From Dehalococcoidia bacterium (GTDB lineage: Bacteria; Chloroflexota; Dehalococcoidia; Plut-88900), in contig OZ240219.1 of assembly GCA_965197645.1 (NCBI GenBank), positions 896,001-960,000 of the forward strand: a DNA stretch of 64,000 nt. The letters run 5' to 3'. The notes beneath the pieces are model-generated. The model saw only the letters and a list, made by a program, of their open reading frames with translations, searched no databases and was not told the DNA's origin. Shown in pieces: positions 17,657-27,658 of this stretch. Numbering within the stretch: the first letter of the stretch is position 1; each line of letters begins with the position of its first letter. Both the position numbers and the translations under genes were made by a program.

Positions 17657-18487
17657 CTATCCCCCCTTGTACTTTGGGTAGGACCCGAAGATGTGCAGCC
17701 TGGAGGTGACCCTCTCGACTGTCTCCAGGGCGTCCTTCACGGGCGACTGCTTCCTATGTCCGTCCAGGTCCACCAGAAAGATGTACTGGCCCAGGCTCTC
17801 CTTGGAAGGCCGGGACTCGATCTTGGCCAGGTTTATGTTTCGCCGGGCAAACTCTCCCAACACCTCCACCAGCAGCCCAGGCTTGTCGCTGGCGAAGGAG
17901 AAGCATAGGGACGTCCGGTCCAAGCCGGTGGGTTCATGGTCCGCCGAAGATAGCACCACGAACCGGGTCACGTTGGTGGAGGTCTCCTGGATGTCTCTCG
18001 CCAGGACCTCCACTTGGTAGATGTCCGCCGCCCGCCGAGTGGCCACCGCCGCCACGACCCCATCCCCCTTTTTCACTTCTTGCACCCCGGCTGCGGTGCT
18101 GAGAGCGCCCTCCATCCGGGCCTTGGGGAAGCATCTCTCCAGGAACCCGCGACACTGGGCCAACGCCTGGGGATGGGAGTAGATCACCTTTATCTTTTCG
18201 GCGGTAGTGCCCGGCTTGACCAGAAGGTAGTGACGGATGGGAAGGACTATCTCTTGCCGGATGGCGAGGTTGGACTCCCGAATCAGCAGGTCCAGGGTGT
18301 CGGTAACCGATCCCTCGATGCTGTTCTCGATGGCCACCACGCCTTCGTCCACCATCCCGCTGACCACCGCGGTGGCCACTGCCGGGATGGAGGGGAAGGG
18401 GATCAGTTGAGCGGAGTCATCGTAGAGGAGGGCCGCCTCCTCGGTGAAGGTGCCCGCGGGGCCCAGGTACCCTATCTTCCTAGCCAT
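17657..18487 (-). CDS. pheA: Prephenate dehydratase
   Basis: YLGPAGTFTEEAA, IENSIEGSV, SHPQALAQC, TRF, ACT domain with IESRP. Confidence 0.97.
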   Translation of the reverse strand: MARKIGYLGPAGTFTEEAALLYDDSAQLIPFPSIPAVATAVVSGMVDEGVVAIENSIEGSVTDTLDLLIRESNLAIRQEIVLPIRHYLLVKPGTTAEKIKVIYSHPQALAQCRGFLERCFPKARMEGALSTAAGVQEVKKGDGVVAAVATRRAADIYQVEVLARDIQETSTNVTRFVVLSSADHEPTGLDRTSLCFSFASDKPGLLVEVLGEFARRNINLAKIESRPSKESLGQYIFLVDLDGHRKQSPVKDALETVERVTSRLHIFGSYPKYKGG

Positions 18488-19154
18488 CGGTGTGATTGTC
18501 GGTAAAGGCGGATCGCAGCGTCTTTTCGGTTTCAGGGCGGGTGACCGCCACCACCTCGTCTTCGGCCTGCAGGGTGAGGTCGGAGGTTGGGACCTGGGGA
18601 TTGCCGTCCTTGCGAATCACCAGGGAGATCACACTGTCCGGCGGTAGCTTGATGTCCCCCAACCTGGTTCCCGCCGCCTTCGAATCGCTGGACACCTTTA
18701 CCTCCACAATCTCCAGTCCCGGACCCTTCAGGCTGAGAAGGTGAATCAATGGGTGGGCTGGCAACTCGTGCTCTATGTGGGCCAGGATCAGGTTTATCGC
18801 GCTGATGGTGACGTCTATGCCCAGCTTCTGGAACAGCGCCTCGTTGCGAGGATCGTTCACCAGGCACACGGTCCTGGGCACGCTGAACCTGTGTTTGGAC
18901 AGCTGGCATGCCACGAGGTTGTCCTCGTCGTCTCCGGTGACAGCTATAGTCATGTCTGCTCTGCCCACCCCCACCTCTTCCTGGATGGAGGCCTCGCATC
19001 CGTCGCCCCTGAACACTATGTTGCCCAACTCGTCGGTCAGGCGTTCACATTTGACGGGGTCTTGCTCGACGATCAGCACCTCGTGGCCGTCTTCCAAGAG
19101 GGTCTTGCACAGCTGAAGGCCCACCTTGCCCCCTCCTACTACAACGATGTACAC
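18480..19154 (-). CDS. trkA: TrkA-family K+ transport regulatory protein (RCK_N plus RCK_C)
   Basis: VVGGGKVG, GDGC, VTGDDEDNL, C-terminal TrkA-C domain. Confidence 0.9.
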   Translation of the reverse strand: MYIVVVGGGKVGLQLCKTLLEDGHEVLIVEQDPVKCERLTDELGNIVFRGDGCEASIQEEVGVGRADMTIAVTGDDEDNLVACQLSKHRFSVPRTVCLVNDPRNEALFQKLGIDVTISAINLILAHIEHELPAHPLIHLLSLKGPGLEIVEVKVSSDSKAAGTRLGDIKLPPDSVISLVIRKDGNPQVPTSDLTLQAEDEVVAVTRPETEKTLRSAFTDNHTDG

Positions 19155-19165
19155 CTTATGGTCCC

Positions 19166-19564
19166 CTACTTTTCCAAAGCGTTCTTTAGAAGCTCGACGG
19201 TTACCGTTGTTGGGCTGATGGTCTCCAGGCCCAGGTCCCGGTACATCTCCCTGCGGATAGGGTCGTAAATCCGGCAGACAACCCTGGGAGTTCGGAACAT
19301 GTGCTTCACCTTTTGGGCGGCCAGGACATTTCGATTGTCACCTTGAGTAGTGGCGATGAACGCGTCCGCCGAGTCTACCTGCGCCTTTCGGAGCGCATCT
19401 TCATCTGTGCCGTCCCCCACGAAGGTCTGGCCCATGAACGATGATGGCAGCCATCTGAATCCGGAAGGGTCTATGTCCAGGACGATCACCTCGTGCCCCT
19501 CCACATCCAACAGGCTGGCCAGCCGCCCGCCTACCCTTCCGCAACCCATGATTACCACTTTCAT
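19166..19564 (-). CDS. TrkA-N-only NAD-binding protein
   Basis: MGCGRVG, GDGTD, TQGDNRN; 132 aa, no RCK_C domain. Confidence 0.88.
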   Translation of the reverse strand: MKVVIMGCGRVGGRLASLLDVEGHEVIVLDIDPSGFRWLPSSFMGQTFVGDGTDEDALRKAQVDSADAFIATTQGDNRNVLAAQKVKHMFRTPRVVCRIYDPIRREMYRDLGLETISPTTVTVELLKNALEK

Positions 19565-19579
19565 AGCTTCAATACGGAG

Positions 19580-20014
19580 CTATCGGGCCCCGTTCATCGG
19601 GCCCCGATAGAGCCAGACGTGACAGGGAGCGTTTTCCAGCACGTAGGGAGCGGCATTGCCCAGGCTGAACTCGCCGTACTGCCTTACGTAGGCGGTGTTC
19701 ATCACTATCAGGTCTATCCTCCGGACTCGGGCCTCCTCCACCACCGCAGTGCCCGACGCCCTCGCCTGCAGCACCTCGGTCTCCACCTTGCAGCCCTCCT
19801 GCTTTGCGATGCTCTCCATGTAGTCTAGTACCGCCTCCGCCTTGCGCACCTCCAGGTCCATTTCCGCCTCGATGGGCAGCTTCCACGGGACCTCCACCAC
19901 GTAGAGGACGTAGATCTGGCCGCCGCTCTTGTTCGAGTAGTCGCAGGCCAGTCTGATGGCCTCCTCGTCCGCCGAGTCACCATCCACAGGCACCAGTATT
20001 CGTCTGAAGTCCAT
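19580..20014 (-). CDS. Universal stress protein
   Basis: RILVPVDG, DLIVM, YVLENAPCHVW. Confidence 0.92.
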   Translation of the reverse strand: MDFRRILVPVDGDSADEEAIRLACDYSNKSGGQIYVLYVVEVPWKLPIEAEMDLEVRKAEAVLDYMESIAKQEGCKVETEVLQARASGTAVVEEARVRRIDLIVMNTAYVRQYGEFSLGNAAPYVLENAPCHVWLYRGPMNGAR

Positions 20015-20158
20015 TCTAACTTCCCGCTTTAGGTTGTCTGACTATTTTAAGACGGATGTCACCCCTGGATGGGCCTATACGACCGCATTTTCGGACCGTT
20101 TTGTTCTGCGTGAAACAGCGGCTCAGGTCTTCCGGGGCCAGCCTTGGATGGGTCTCTG

Positions 20159-20767
20159 TCAGTTGGGCGCCCTACCTTTCGATTTGACCTGCTCTATCTG
20201 CAGATCTATGAGATTGTTGGTGGAGTCCTTGAGAATCTCCAACTCAGGTAAAGTCAGTGCAGACAGATCGTCCAGATTTCTCTTGATGGTGGACACAATC
20301 TCTCGTTCGGTCCGCTCTCTCCTCCTTATGAAGAATACAGTAATGCTAGCGATAATGGCCCCGAAGAAAAGCATGGTGCCTATTACCGTCCAGGCGCCGC
20401 CGATCACGTTGCCCCAGAACGTCTCGGGACGCCAAGAATTGCCCTGGGTCTGGACCGAGGACATCGCCCACCAGACGGTGTCGAAGTAGTCGTTGACGTG
20501 CTCATTGACGTTGCGCTCGACGAAGAAGAGGCCCAGGGCCACTATGCCTGTTAGGACCACCATTATAGCCAGCATTATCAGCAATGGGGTCTCGGTCAGT
20601 ATCACCTTGGTGAGCTGGACCAGCCAGGGTATACCGGGCCTGAATCGCAGATGCCGGCTGGTGCGCACCCTGCGGCGCAGGACCTCTTCGCCCGGGCGCC
20701 CGACGGCTATCCGCTCGAATATGCCTCGTCGCCCGGGGAGCGATCTATCGAACCTATCTCTTCGCAT
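20159..20767 (-). CDS. Two-TM ion channel domain protein (Ion_trans_2-like) with atypical filter
   Basis: TM1, YFDTVWWAMSSVQTQGNSWRPETFWG pore region, TM2 ending ASITVFF; start codon uncertain. Confidence 0.75.
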   Translation of the reverse strand: MRRDRFDRSLPGRRGIFERIAVGRPGEEVLRRRVRTSRHLRFRPGIPWLVQLTKVILTETPLLIMLAIMVVLTGIVALGLFFVERNVNEHVNDYFDTVWWAMSSVQTQGNSWRPETFWGNVIGGAWTVIGTMLFFGAIIASITVFFIRRRERTEREIVSTIKRNLDDLSALTLPELEILKDSTNNLIDLQIEQVKSKGRAPN

Positions 20768-20917
20768 ATCTTCCCGCCTTTTCGTAGCGAAAGCGAGTCG
20801 AGCAATTATAGGCCCACAGGTTTTTGGGGCGCAAGCATATTAGAACATTAGTATGATGCTTGCCCCGGCCAATCCGGGCTGGTCCAGAAATCCCGAGGGA
20901 GTACAATTCAAATTCCA

Positions 20918-21223
20918 ATGAAAGACTCCGACCGAAATCAAATTAACGGCAACGCCAGACTATCGGCTACCGTCCATGGAAGGGTGCAGGGGGTCTACTT
21001 TCGAGGCTTCGTCCAGGAACACGCCCGAAGATGGTCCATAGTTGGATACGCCAGGAACCTCCCTAACGGTGTCTCGGTCGAGGTACAGGCTGAAGGCGAC
21101 CGAGCCGCCCTGGAGGACCTTCTCAGGCTGCTACGCGAAGGCCCACCCGAGTCAATCGTGCGGGACGTGGAGTTCACGTGGGGATCGCCCGCCGGCCAGT
21201 TCGAGGACTTCGAGACGCTGTAG
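20918..21223 (+). CDS. acyP: Acylphosphatase
   Basis: VHGRVQGVYFR, GYARNLPNG. Confidence 0.95.
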   Translation: MKDSDRNQINGNARLSATVHGRVQGVYFRGFVQEHARRWSIVGYARNLPNGVSVEVQAEGDRAALEDLLRLLREGPPESIVRDVEFTWGSPAGQFEDFETL

Positions 21224-21227
21224 TCCC

Positions 21228-21665
21228 TTAGGAGACCTGCTCCCCTTCGGCTGCCAGCCTGCGGAATCCGTACTGCTGGTCGTTGTCCAGCATCCGGCTC
21301 AGGATGTGAGGCTCCACGTCCTTGTACGGACCTGTCTGTCTCCACCATTCCATCAGCTGGTCCCTGATCTCATCGGAGGTCATCGATTTGTTTCCCTCCT
21401 TGAGATAGACCCTGAATACGGCCTCCATCAATGGCAGGTCCGGCGGGATGAAGTCCAGGTCCTCCGGCTGGTATTTCTGAAGGGCCTTCAGTATCGCCCC
21501 TTCCTTTTTCTTGGCCAGCCGTTTCTCCAACTCGGCGCCACCCAGCAGGCGTATGCGACTCCTGAGCAGGGTGGGAAGCGATCTTCTGCGCCGCTCGTAC
21601 CACTCGGTATCTATGATGTATTTTGGGGGTTGTTCCTCTTCTGTTTCCTTTAGCTCTTCGGTCAA
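21228..21665 (-). CDS. Hypothetical protein with possible winged-helix C-terminus
   Basis: TTG start after AGGTGG; PLMEAVFRVYLKEGNKSMTSDEIRDQL helix pattern. Confidence 0.65.
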   Translation of the reverse strand: MTEELKETEEEQPPKYIIDTEWYERRRRSLPTLLRSRIRLLGGAELEKRLAKKKEGAILKALQKYQPEDLDFIPPDLPLMEAVFRVYLKEGNKSMTSDEIRDQLMEWWRQTGPYKDVEPHILSRMLDNDQQYGFRRLAAEGEQVS

Positions 21666-21767
21666 GTAGTTCCACCTTCTTGGACAGCTTGGATCAGCGG
21701 CCACAGCCCCTGGTCGAAGCTGAGATATGGGATTCCTCCGCGGGAGAGTTGGCTCTTCGGCGGCGTC

Positions 21768-23048
21768 TTACTCTCGGTCCTCAGGCCAGTCCAGCATCTG
21801 CACCGTCACCTCGTCCCCCGGCCCCACCTCCGCCACGTCTTCCGGCACTATGGCGAGTCCATTGGCCAGGGACATGGAGGTCAGAATGCCCGAACCCTGT
21901 GGCCCGGTAGTCTTGGCGTAGTACCGGCCGTTTCTCCGGGTCACTACAGCCCGAGCGAACACCCTGCGAGCATCAGTGTTGACCACCGTGTCCTCCATGA
22001 TGGCTTGGACGGTGGGTTTGATCAGGTTCTTGTGCCCCTGCATCTTGCGCATAGCGGGCCGGCCAAACTGCTCGAAGGCGATCATCGAGCTGACCGGGTT
22101 GCCAGGCAGACCCAGGTGGGGCACCCGCCGCTTCCCATCCTCCGATTTCAGTACACCGAAAGCCAGCGGCCTCGCTGGTTTCATCTTCACCATCCAGAAC
22201 GATATCTCCCCCTGCTCGGCCAGCACGTCCTTGACTATGTCGTAGTCTCCTTTGGACACCCCGGCCGACGTGATCATCATGTCCGCGTCCATGCCCTCGG
22301 CGATCTTGGCCTTCAGCGACCCCAGGTTGTCCCGAGCGATCCCCAGCACCTTGGCCACGCCGCCATATTTCAGGATGAGGGACGCCACGCTGAAGTTGTT
22401 GCTATTGTATATCTTGCCCGGTTCCAGGGGGTCACCTACCTCCAAGAGTTCATCGCCGGTGGCCAGCACCGATATGACCGGCTTCCGAAAGACCTTCGCC
22501 TTCGCCTTGCCCAGGGAGGCCAGGACACCCACCTCTGCGGGTCTGATTGAGGTCCCGGCCTTGAGAATCAGGTCGCCCTCCGTTACGTCCTCGGCGGCTC
22601 TGCGGATGTTCACTCCCTTGTCTACCACCTTCAGGACTTTGATCTGCTCGACGCCACCGCGCCCTCCGGCCTTCTTCTGCTCCTCCTCGTCGGTATCCTC
22701 GAAGGGCACGATGGTATCGGTGCCCTTTGGCAGCGGGGCGCCCGTCATGATGCGGGTTGCCGTGCCCCGGGTTATCTCCTTGTGGGCTATGCGGCCGGCC
22801 GGCAACTCTTCGATTACCCTCAGCGTTACCGGCGAATCGGGACCTACGTCATGGATGTCCTTCCACCTCACTGCATACCCATCCATGGCCGTGTTGTCCA
22901 GGGGAGGTATATTGAAGCCCGCCGTCACGTCCTCTGCCAGCACCCGGCCCAGGCAGTCCAGTATCGGCGCCTCCTCCTGCTCCAGGGGGTACACGTAGCC
23001 GAGAATCTTCTCCAAGGCCTCTTCAACTGTGAGCCAACCCAGCACCAT
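21768..23048 (-). CDS. moeA: Molybdopterin molybdotransferase
   Basis: AMDGYAV, IMTGAPLP, TGDEL, GLPGNPVS, QGSGILTSM. Confidence 0.97.
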   Translation of the reverse strand: MVLGWLTVEEALEKILGYVYPLEQEEAPILDCLGRVLAEDVTAGFNIPPLDNTAMDGYAVRWKDIHDVGPDSPVTLRVIEELPAGRIAHKEITRGTATRIMTGAPLPKGTDTIVPFEDTDEEEQKKAGGRGGVEQIKVLKVVDKGVNIRRAAEDVTEGDLILKAGTSIRPAEVGVLASLGKAKAKVFRKPVISVLATGDELLEVGDPLEPGKIYNSNNFSVASLILKYGGVAKVLGIARDNLGSLKAKIAEGMDADMMITSAGVSKGDYDIVKDVLAEQGEISFWMVKMKPARPLAFGVLKSEDGKRRVPHLGLPGNPVSSMIAFEQFGRPAMRKMQGHKNLIKPTVQAIMEDTVVNTDARRVFARAVVTRRNGRYYAKTTGPQGSGILTSMSLANGLAIVPEDVAEVGPGDEVTVQMLDWPEDRE

Positions 23049-23311
23049 TCTTCAGACTCCTGCCAAGCTGCAGACCCGTCTCTTTGGCTCGTCAGGCCCT
23101 CATCGGGGTTTACCGCTGTGAGACCCTTCGAACGCGACGAACGACAAGGACTTGATCAAACGGGGTTGATGCATCCAATTTTACCATCGAGTCTTGCCGT
23201 GTCAAACAGGGGCGAGTCTTGCCATGTCAAACGACGGTTGCCGTGACGGGCCTCTCAGGCGATAATAAACGTGAAATCGCTGGATAGTTACCCGGAACCG
23301 GGAGGACAGCT

Positions 23312-24697
23312 ATGAGCGCGACCGAGACCCTCTCCCGCTTTATCGTAGACGCCAACCTCGGCAGCATGCCCGGCGAAGCCCTGAACCAGGCCAGGAGGGC
23401 CTTCCTAGACACCCTGGGGGTGGCGGTGGCCGGCAGCACGGAGGATGGACCTCGGATACTGCTCGAGTTCGCCGCCGAACGAGGCGGCAGTCCCACGGCC
23501 ACCATCCTCGGCACCGGGCTACGGTCCGATTGCCTGACCGCCGCCCTCGTCAACGGCACCATGGCCCACGCCCTCGACTACGACGACGTAAATGACGCCA
23601 TGATCGGGCACCCCAGCGCTCCGCTGGTCTCCGCAATCATGGCCCTGGGAGAAGAGATAGGGTCCTCCGGTGCGGACGCGCTTGAAGCCTTTATCATCGG
23701 TTTCGAGGTCGAGTGCAAGCTGGGCCTGGCGGTCGGCCGAAGTCACTACGTCAAGGGCTGGCATGCTACCTGTACCCTGGGCACCATAGGAGCGGCCGCC
23801 GCAGCCTCTAAGCTCCTCAAACTGGACGAGCAGCGTACCAGGATGGCGTTGGGCATCGCCGCATCCTCGTCGGGCGGCCTGCGACGGAACTTCGGTACCA
23901 TGACCAAGCCCCTGCACGTAGGACAGGCTGCCAAGAATGGCATACAGGCCGCTCTCCTCGCCGAAAAGGGTTTCACCGCCAGCCAGGAGATCATGGACGA
24001 ACCCCTCGACTTCTGCCGGATATTCTCCATCGATGATTGGGACGTTTCCAGGATGGAAGGCGCTCTGGGCTCGCCGTGGGAGATACTTACGTCGGGCATC
24101 ACCGTCAAGAAGTACCCTTGCTGCAACAACAACCACCGCACCCTCGATGCCACCCTGGGCCTGATAGCCGAGTACCGGCCCGATCCGGAAGAGATAGCCG
24201 GCGTCTCAGTGACCATGCCCCGGGGCGAGGACTTGGCCCTGATTTACAGTCGGGCCACCACCGGACTGGAAGGCAAATTCTGCATGGAGTTCTGCGTGGC
24301 GTCCGCCCTCCTCGATGGCGTAGTGAACACGGCCACTTTCGAGGCCGAGCAGGTAGCCAGGGCCCGGGTGCAGGCGCTCTCGGAGTTGGTCCAGCTGGTG
24401 GAAGACCCGGACCAGGCGCCCGTGCTGCCCGAGAGTCCCGGTCACGTCGAAGTCAAGGTCACAATGGCCAGCGGCGACCGGCACGCCAACGCGACATCGG
24501 TTGCTCGAGGCACTCCCGAGAACCCTCTGTCCTGGGAGGACCTGGAGGAGAAATACGCCTCCTGTTGCAGCGGTATCCTCGGTGCGGAGGAGATACGACG
24601 TTCAGTGGACCAGATCAACCGGCTGGACGAGCTTATGGACGTGAGAGGGCTGATGTCCGCCCTGTCACTTAGCGTGCCCGCCGGGCGGGTCTCCTAA
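23312..24697 (+). CDS. MmgE/PrpD family protein
   Basis: NGTMAHALDYDD, GHPS, GWHAT, FGTMTKPLH, KKYPCC. Confidence 0.95.
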   Translation: MSATETLSRFIVDANLGSMPGEALNQARRAFLDTLGVAVAGSTEDGPRILLEFAAERGGSPTATILGTGLRSDCLTAALVNGTMAHALDYDDVNDAMIGHPSAPLVSAIMALGEEIGSSGADALEAFIIGFEVECKLGLAVGRSHYVKGWHATCTLGTIGAAAAASKLLKLDEQRTRMALGIAASSSGGLRRNFGTMTKPLHVGQAAKNGIQAALLAEKGFTASQEIMDEPLDFCRIFSIDDWDVSRMEGALGSPWEILTSGITVKKYPCCNNNHRTLDATLGLIAEYRPDPEEIAGVSVTMPRGEDLALIYSRATTGLEGKFCMEFCVASALLDGVVNTATFEAEQVARARVQALSELVQLVEDPDQAPVLPESPGHVEVKVTMASGDRHANATSVARGTPENPLSWEDLEEKYASCCSGILGAEEIRRSVDQINRLDELMDVRGLMSALSLSVPAGRVS

Positions 24698-24712
24698 TCC
24701 TGAGGTAGCGAT

Positions 24713-25171
24713 ATGTTAGCCCGAGAAATAATGACGTCGCCGGTGATCACCATCGGTATCGACAGGACCATCGGGGATGCAGCCGAGCTGATGCTGCGCA
24801 GGGAGCTGAGTTGCCTGCCCGTAATCAATGAGGCCGGTTCTCTGGTGGGGATGCTCACCCACGCCGATTTCGTGCTGCACCCCAAGTTCATGCCTATGGG
24901 GGGCGAGGTCCACACCCTCTTCGGCATGCTGACCACGCCCGGAACCTCCGAGGAGCTGGCCCGATACCTTCAAACCAAGCCCTTGAAGGACGTGATGCAC
25001 TCTCCCGTCATCACCATAAAGGAGGACTTCTCCTTCGCCGATGCCGTGACCGTGATGCTCCGGGAAAAGGTGAGCAGGATACCGGTCATGAGCAAAGATG
25101 AGCTGGTTGGCATCATCACCCGGCACGATTTGCTGAAGCTCTTTGTGATGGACTGGAAAAGGCCAACCTAG
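24713..25171 (+). CDS. CBS domain pair protein
   Basis: IMTSPVITI...LPVIN...LVGMLT and VMHSPVITI...LVGIITRHDLL. Confidence 0.93.
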   Translation: MLAREIMTSPVITIGIDRTIGDAAELMLRRELSCLPVINEAGSLVGMLTHADFVLHPKFMPMGGEVHTLFGMLTTPGTSEELARYLQTKPLKDVMHSPVITIKEDFSFADAVTVMLREKVSRIPVMSKDELVGIITRHDLLKLFVMDWKRPT

Positions 25172-25312
25172 CCGGGTCGCGGTCACAAGCCGTCCCGACG
25201 TAAAACCTCGTCAGCCCCCGCCGAGTCCCCACACACCGACCGGTTGGACCGTCCCCACTAACATGGACGACGGGCGCCGTCATGAAAGCCTGTATCTCGA
25301 TGCGCCCGGCCT

Positions 25313-26512
25313 TCAGCCTGCGTCGCCTCCCGACTTGCCCGGATTGATCGATGCGTAGAGCAGCCTCGGCACCGCCGCGATCCGGTCTCGATGGGTCGCC
25401 ATCAGGATAAATGCCAGGAACAGGTACAGTCCGCTGAAGGCGAGACGGGCCTCCTGCAGCCCGAAGAAGAGCTGGCTAGTGAACAGCACCAGGAGCACAA
25501 CCGCCTCCCTCACGGATAGGCGGAAATCGAGCAATATCGCCACTGCGAAGAGGGACTGGGCCGACGTTAGCAGCACCTCCGTCGTCTGGCGTGCGTCCAG
25601 GGGTAGGCCGTTCAGCGATCCGGTGGAGATGCTATAGGCGGCTGGTAGCGTGGCCACCAGCAAGGTCCACTGGTTCACCTTGGAGGAGACCAGTATGCCC
25701 AGACCGTCGCTCTGCCTGCCTCTCACAACGAAGATGGCTGCCAGAAGTATCTCCGGCGCCTCCGAGGCCAGCGGCGCTATCCACTGGATCAGGAGGAATT
25801 CGCTGAGACCCAGGCTCTCGCCCGTCCCCTTTAACCCCTCGACGAAGGGTTCGGCGGACAGGATTATTCCCGCGGCGGCGTAGAGGAACAGGACCGCCGT
25901 CACCGATCGGCGTTTGGCCGGTGTTAGCGATCCTATCAAAGCCGAGGGCCCCACCAGCTCCGGCTCCTCCACCTTTCCCTTGAAGTTCATCCAGATGTAC
26001 AGGCAGAACAGCAAACCCAGAACCACGCTATCGGCTACGTGGAGGTACCCCTTGATGATGATAGTAAAGGAGTAGACCGTGGCCAGGGCCAGGATCGCCA
26101 GCGACGTCGAGTGGGAGCTGGACAGCTCCAGCGTTTTCTGCCGGGTTCGCGCCCAGAACAGGATCACCACGAGGCTCCAGCCGATGCCGATTAGCAGCCG
26201 GTTGGCGCCGGTCATGTTGGCGGTGGCCAGACTGACGTTTTCGGGGATGGTAGCTGCGGACCAGGCCAGGTACACGTCGATGGCGTACTCGGGAAGCACC
26301 GCAATGATGGCCAGCAGCGAAATGGCCAGGGACCTGGGTATATCCAGCTCGGCTACTTCCGAGGCCCAGGAGAGGAGGAACGCTCCGCCCACTATGCCCA
26401 GACCGAAGATCAGGGCCGTGCTGATCGAATCCAGGTGGGTACCCGAAAACCGGAGAGCCAAGGCGGGGACTATGCAGCCGGCGGCCAGTCCAATCCAGAG
26501 CCAGCCTCGCAT
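25313..26512 (-). CDS. Sodium:calcium/proton antiporter (CaCA family)
   Basis: alpha-repeat motifs AVLPEYA...ANMTGAN and LASEAPE...SSKVNQ. Confidence 0.9.
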   Translation of the reverse strand: MRGWLWIGLAAGCIVPALALRFSGTHLDSISTALIFGLGIVGGAFLLSWASEVAELDIPRSLAISLLAIIAVLPEYAIDVYLAWSAATIPENVSLATANMTGANRLLIGIGWSLVVILFWARTRQKTLELSSSHSTSLAILALATVYSFTIIIKGYLHVADSVVLGLLFCLYIWMNFKGKVEEPELVGPSALIGSLTPAKRRSVTAVLFLYAAAGIILSAEPFVEGLKGTGESLGLSEFLLIQWIAPLASEAPEILLAAIFVVRGRQSDGLGILVSSKVNQWTLLVATLPAAYSISTGSLNGLPLDARQTTEVLLTSAQSLFAVAILLDFRLSVREAVVLLVLFTSQLFFGLQEARLAFSGLYLFLAFILMATHRDRIAAVPRLLYASINPGKSGGDAG

Positions 26513-26537
26513 TAGTCCCGGCCCTCGATTTTCGTCT

Positions 26538-26569
26538 CAAAAGGGCAAAGACCCTCAGAGGGGTCTTTG
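26538..26569 (-). terminator. Putative terminator downstream of greA
   Basis: CAAAGACCC/GGGTCTTTG stem, short T-run on the minus strand. Confidence 0.5.
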
Positions 26570-26594
26570 TGCTCAGTCATTAGGGTCACTACAT

Positions 26595-27404
26595 TCAGGC
26601 GTTTATCCGCTCGATGCGGTACTTGAACGTGCCGGCCGGCACTTTGACCTCCACCTCATCGCCGGGGCTCGTGCCCAGCAGCGCCTTGCCCACTGGCGAT
26701 TCGGCTGAAAGCTTGCCCTCGGCCAGGTTTGCTTCGTGGGGAGCTACCAGAAGGTAGGTAAGCTCCTCATCGTAGGACAGGTGTCTAACCACCACCGATA
26801 GCCCCATCTCCACCTGGGAGGTCTTCCGGACCCGCTTCTGGTCCATTACCACCGCTGTCCTCAGCGATGCTTCTATCTGCCGTATACGCGACTCAACCTT
26901 GCTCTGATGTTCCCGAGCGGCCTCCAAGGGAGCGTTTTCCCGGAAGTCCTTGTCCGCCGCGGCGTTCCGTATCTCCTCGGCTATGGCTCCCCTACCCTTC
27001 TTGAGCTCGGCCAGCTCTTCTTCCAGGCGCCGGTGGCCCTCGGCCGTCAGCTCGGTAACGGCCGCGGCGGCCCGTTGCGTCTCGGCGTATTTGATCGCCG
27101 TTTTCTTTAGCTTGAAGCTTGGCGCCAGGTTTACCCTGGTGGCCTCCTGCTTGTAAGCGTAGGTCAAAAACTGCTTGACGTGGGTATGGCTCTTGGCGCC
27201 GTCAGGCGAGTTGCCCAGCGTGGATGCGTACTGCTCCACCTCTCGTCTGGTCACGTCCGAGAGCAGCCTGTCCATGCCGCACCATCGAGCGAACTTGGTT
27301 ACCTCGGGCTGGCTCACCTGGCGCTTCGCCTGCTTCAGTGAAGCGAGGAACTGGGAGGCCATCTCCGAGAGGGTTGGTTTGCCGGTCTCCTCCATTGCTG
27401 CCAC
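26595..27404 (-). CDS. greA: Transcription elongation factor GreA with about 115-aa N-terminal extension
   Basis: LTAEGHRRLEEEL...DFRENAPLEAARE...SAESPVGKALLG...VKVPAG; extra N-terminal helical domain. Confidence 0.9.
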   Translation of the reverse strand: MAAMEETGKPTLSEMASQFLASLKQAKRQVSQPEVTKFARWCGMDRLLSDVTRREVEQYASTLGNSPDGAKSHTHVKQFLTYAYKQEATRVNLAPSFKLKKTAIKYAETQRAAAAVTELTAEGHRRLEEELAELKKGRGAIAEEIRNAAADKDFRENAPLEAAREHQSKVESRIRQIEASLRTAVVMDQKRVRKTSQVEMGLSVVVRHLSYDEELTYLLVAPHEANLAEGKLSAESPVGKALLGTSPGDEVEVKVPAGTFKYRIERINA

Positions 27405-27658
27405 CTTTACAATTGTTTTTCGGCCGGGCCCGCTGCTTTCAAATGCACGTATAACTATCGAGCCCCCATATTCGTTGTAGAGTAAGGAGCCGTCCGACTA
27501 TCGAGATCGATTGAACGCGATGACCAATCTGAGTATAGTACAGGCGGGTTCGGACGTACAAGATGGCGGACGCCTGGCCGGGAACGTATTTGGCGAGTTT
27601 CTATTTGAAACTCGGATAGTATATAATTGACAGTCGCCGGCCCGAGTAGGAGGAGCGA

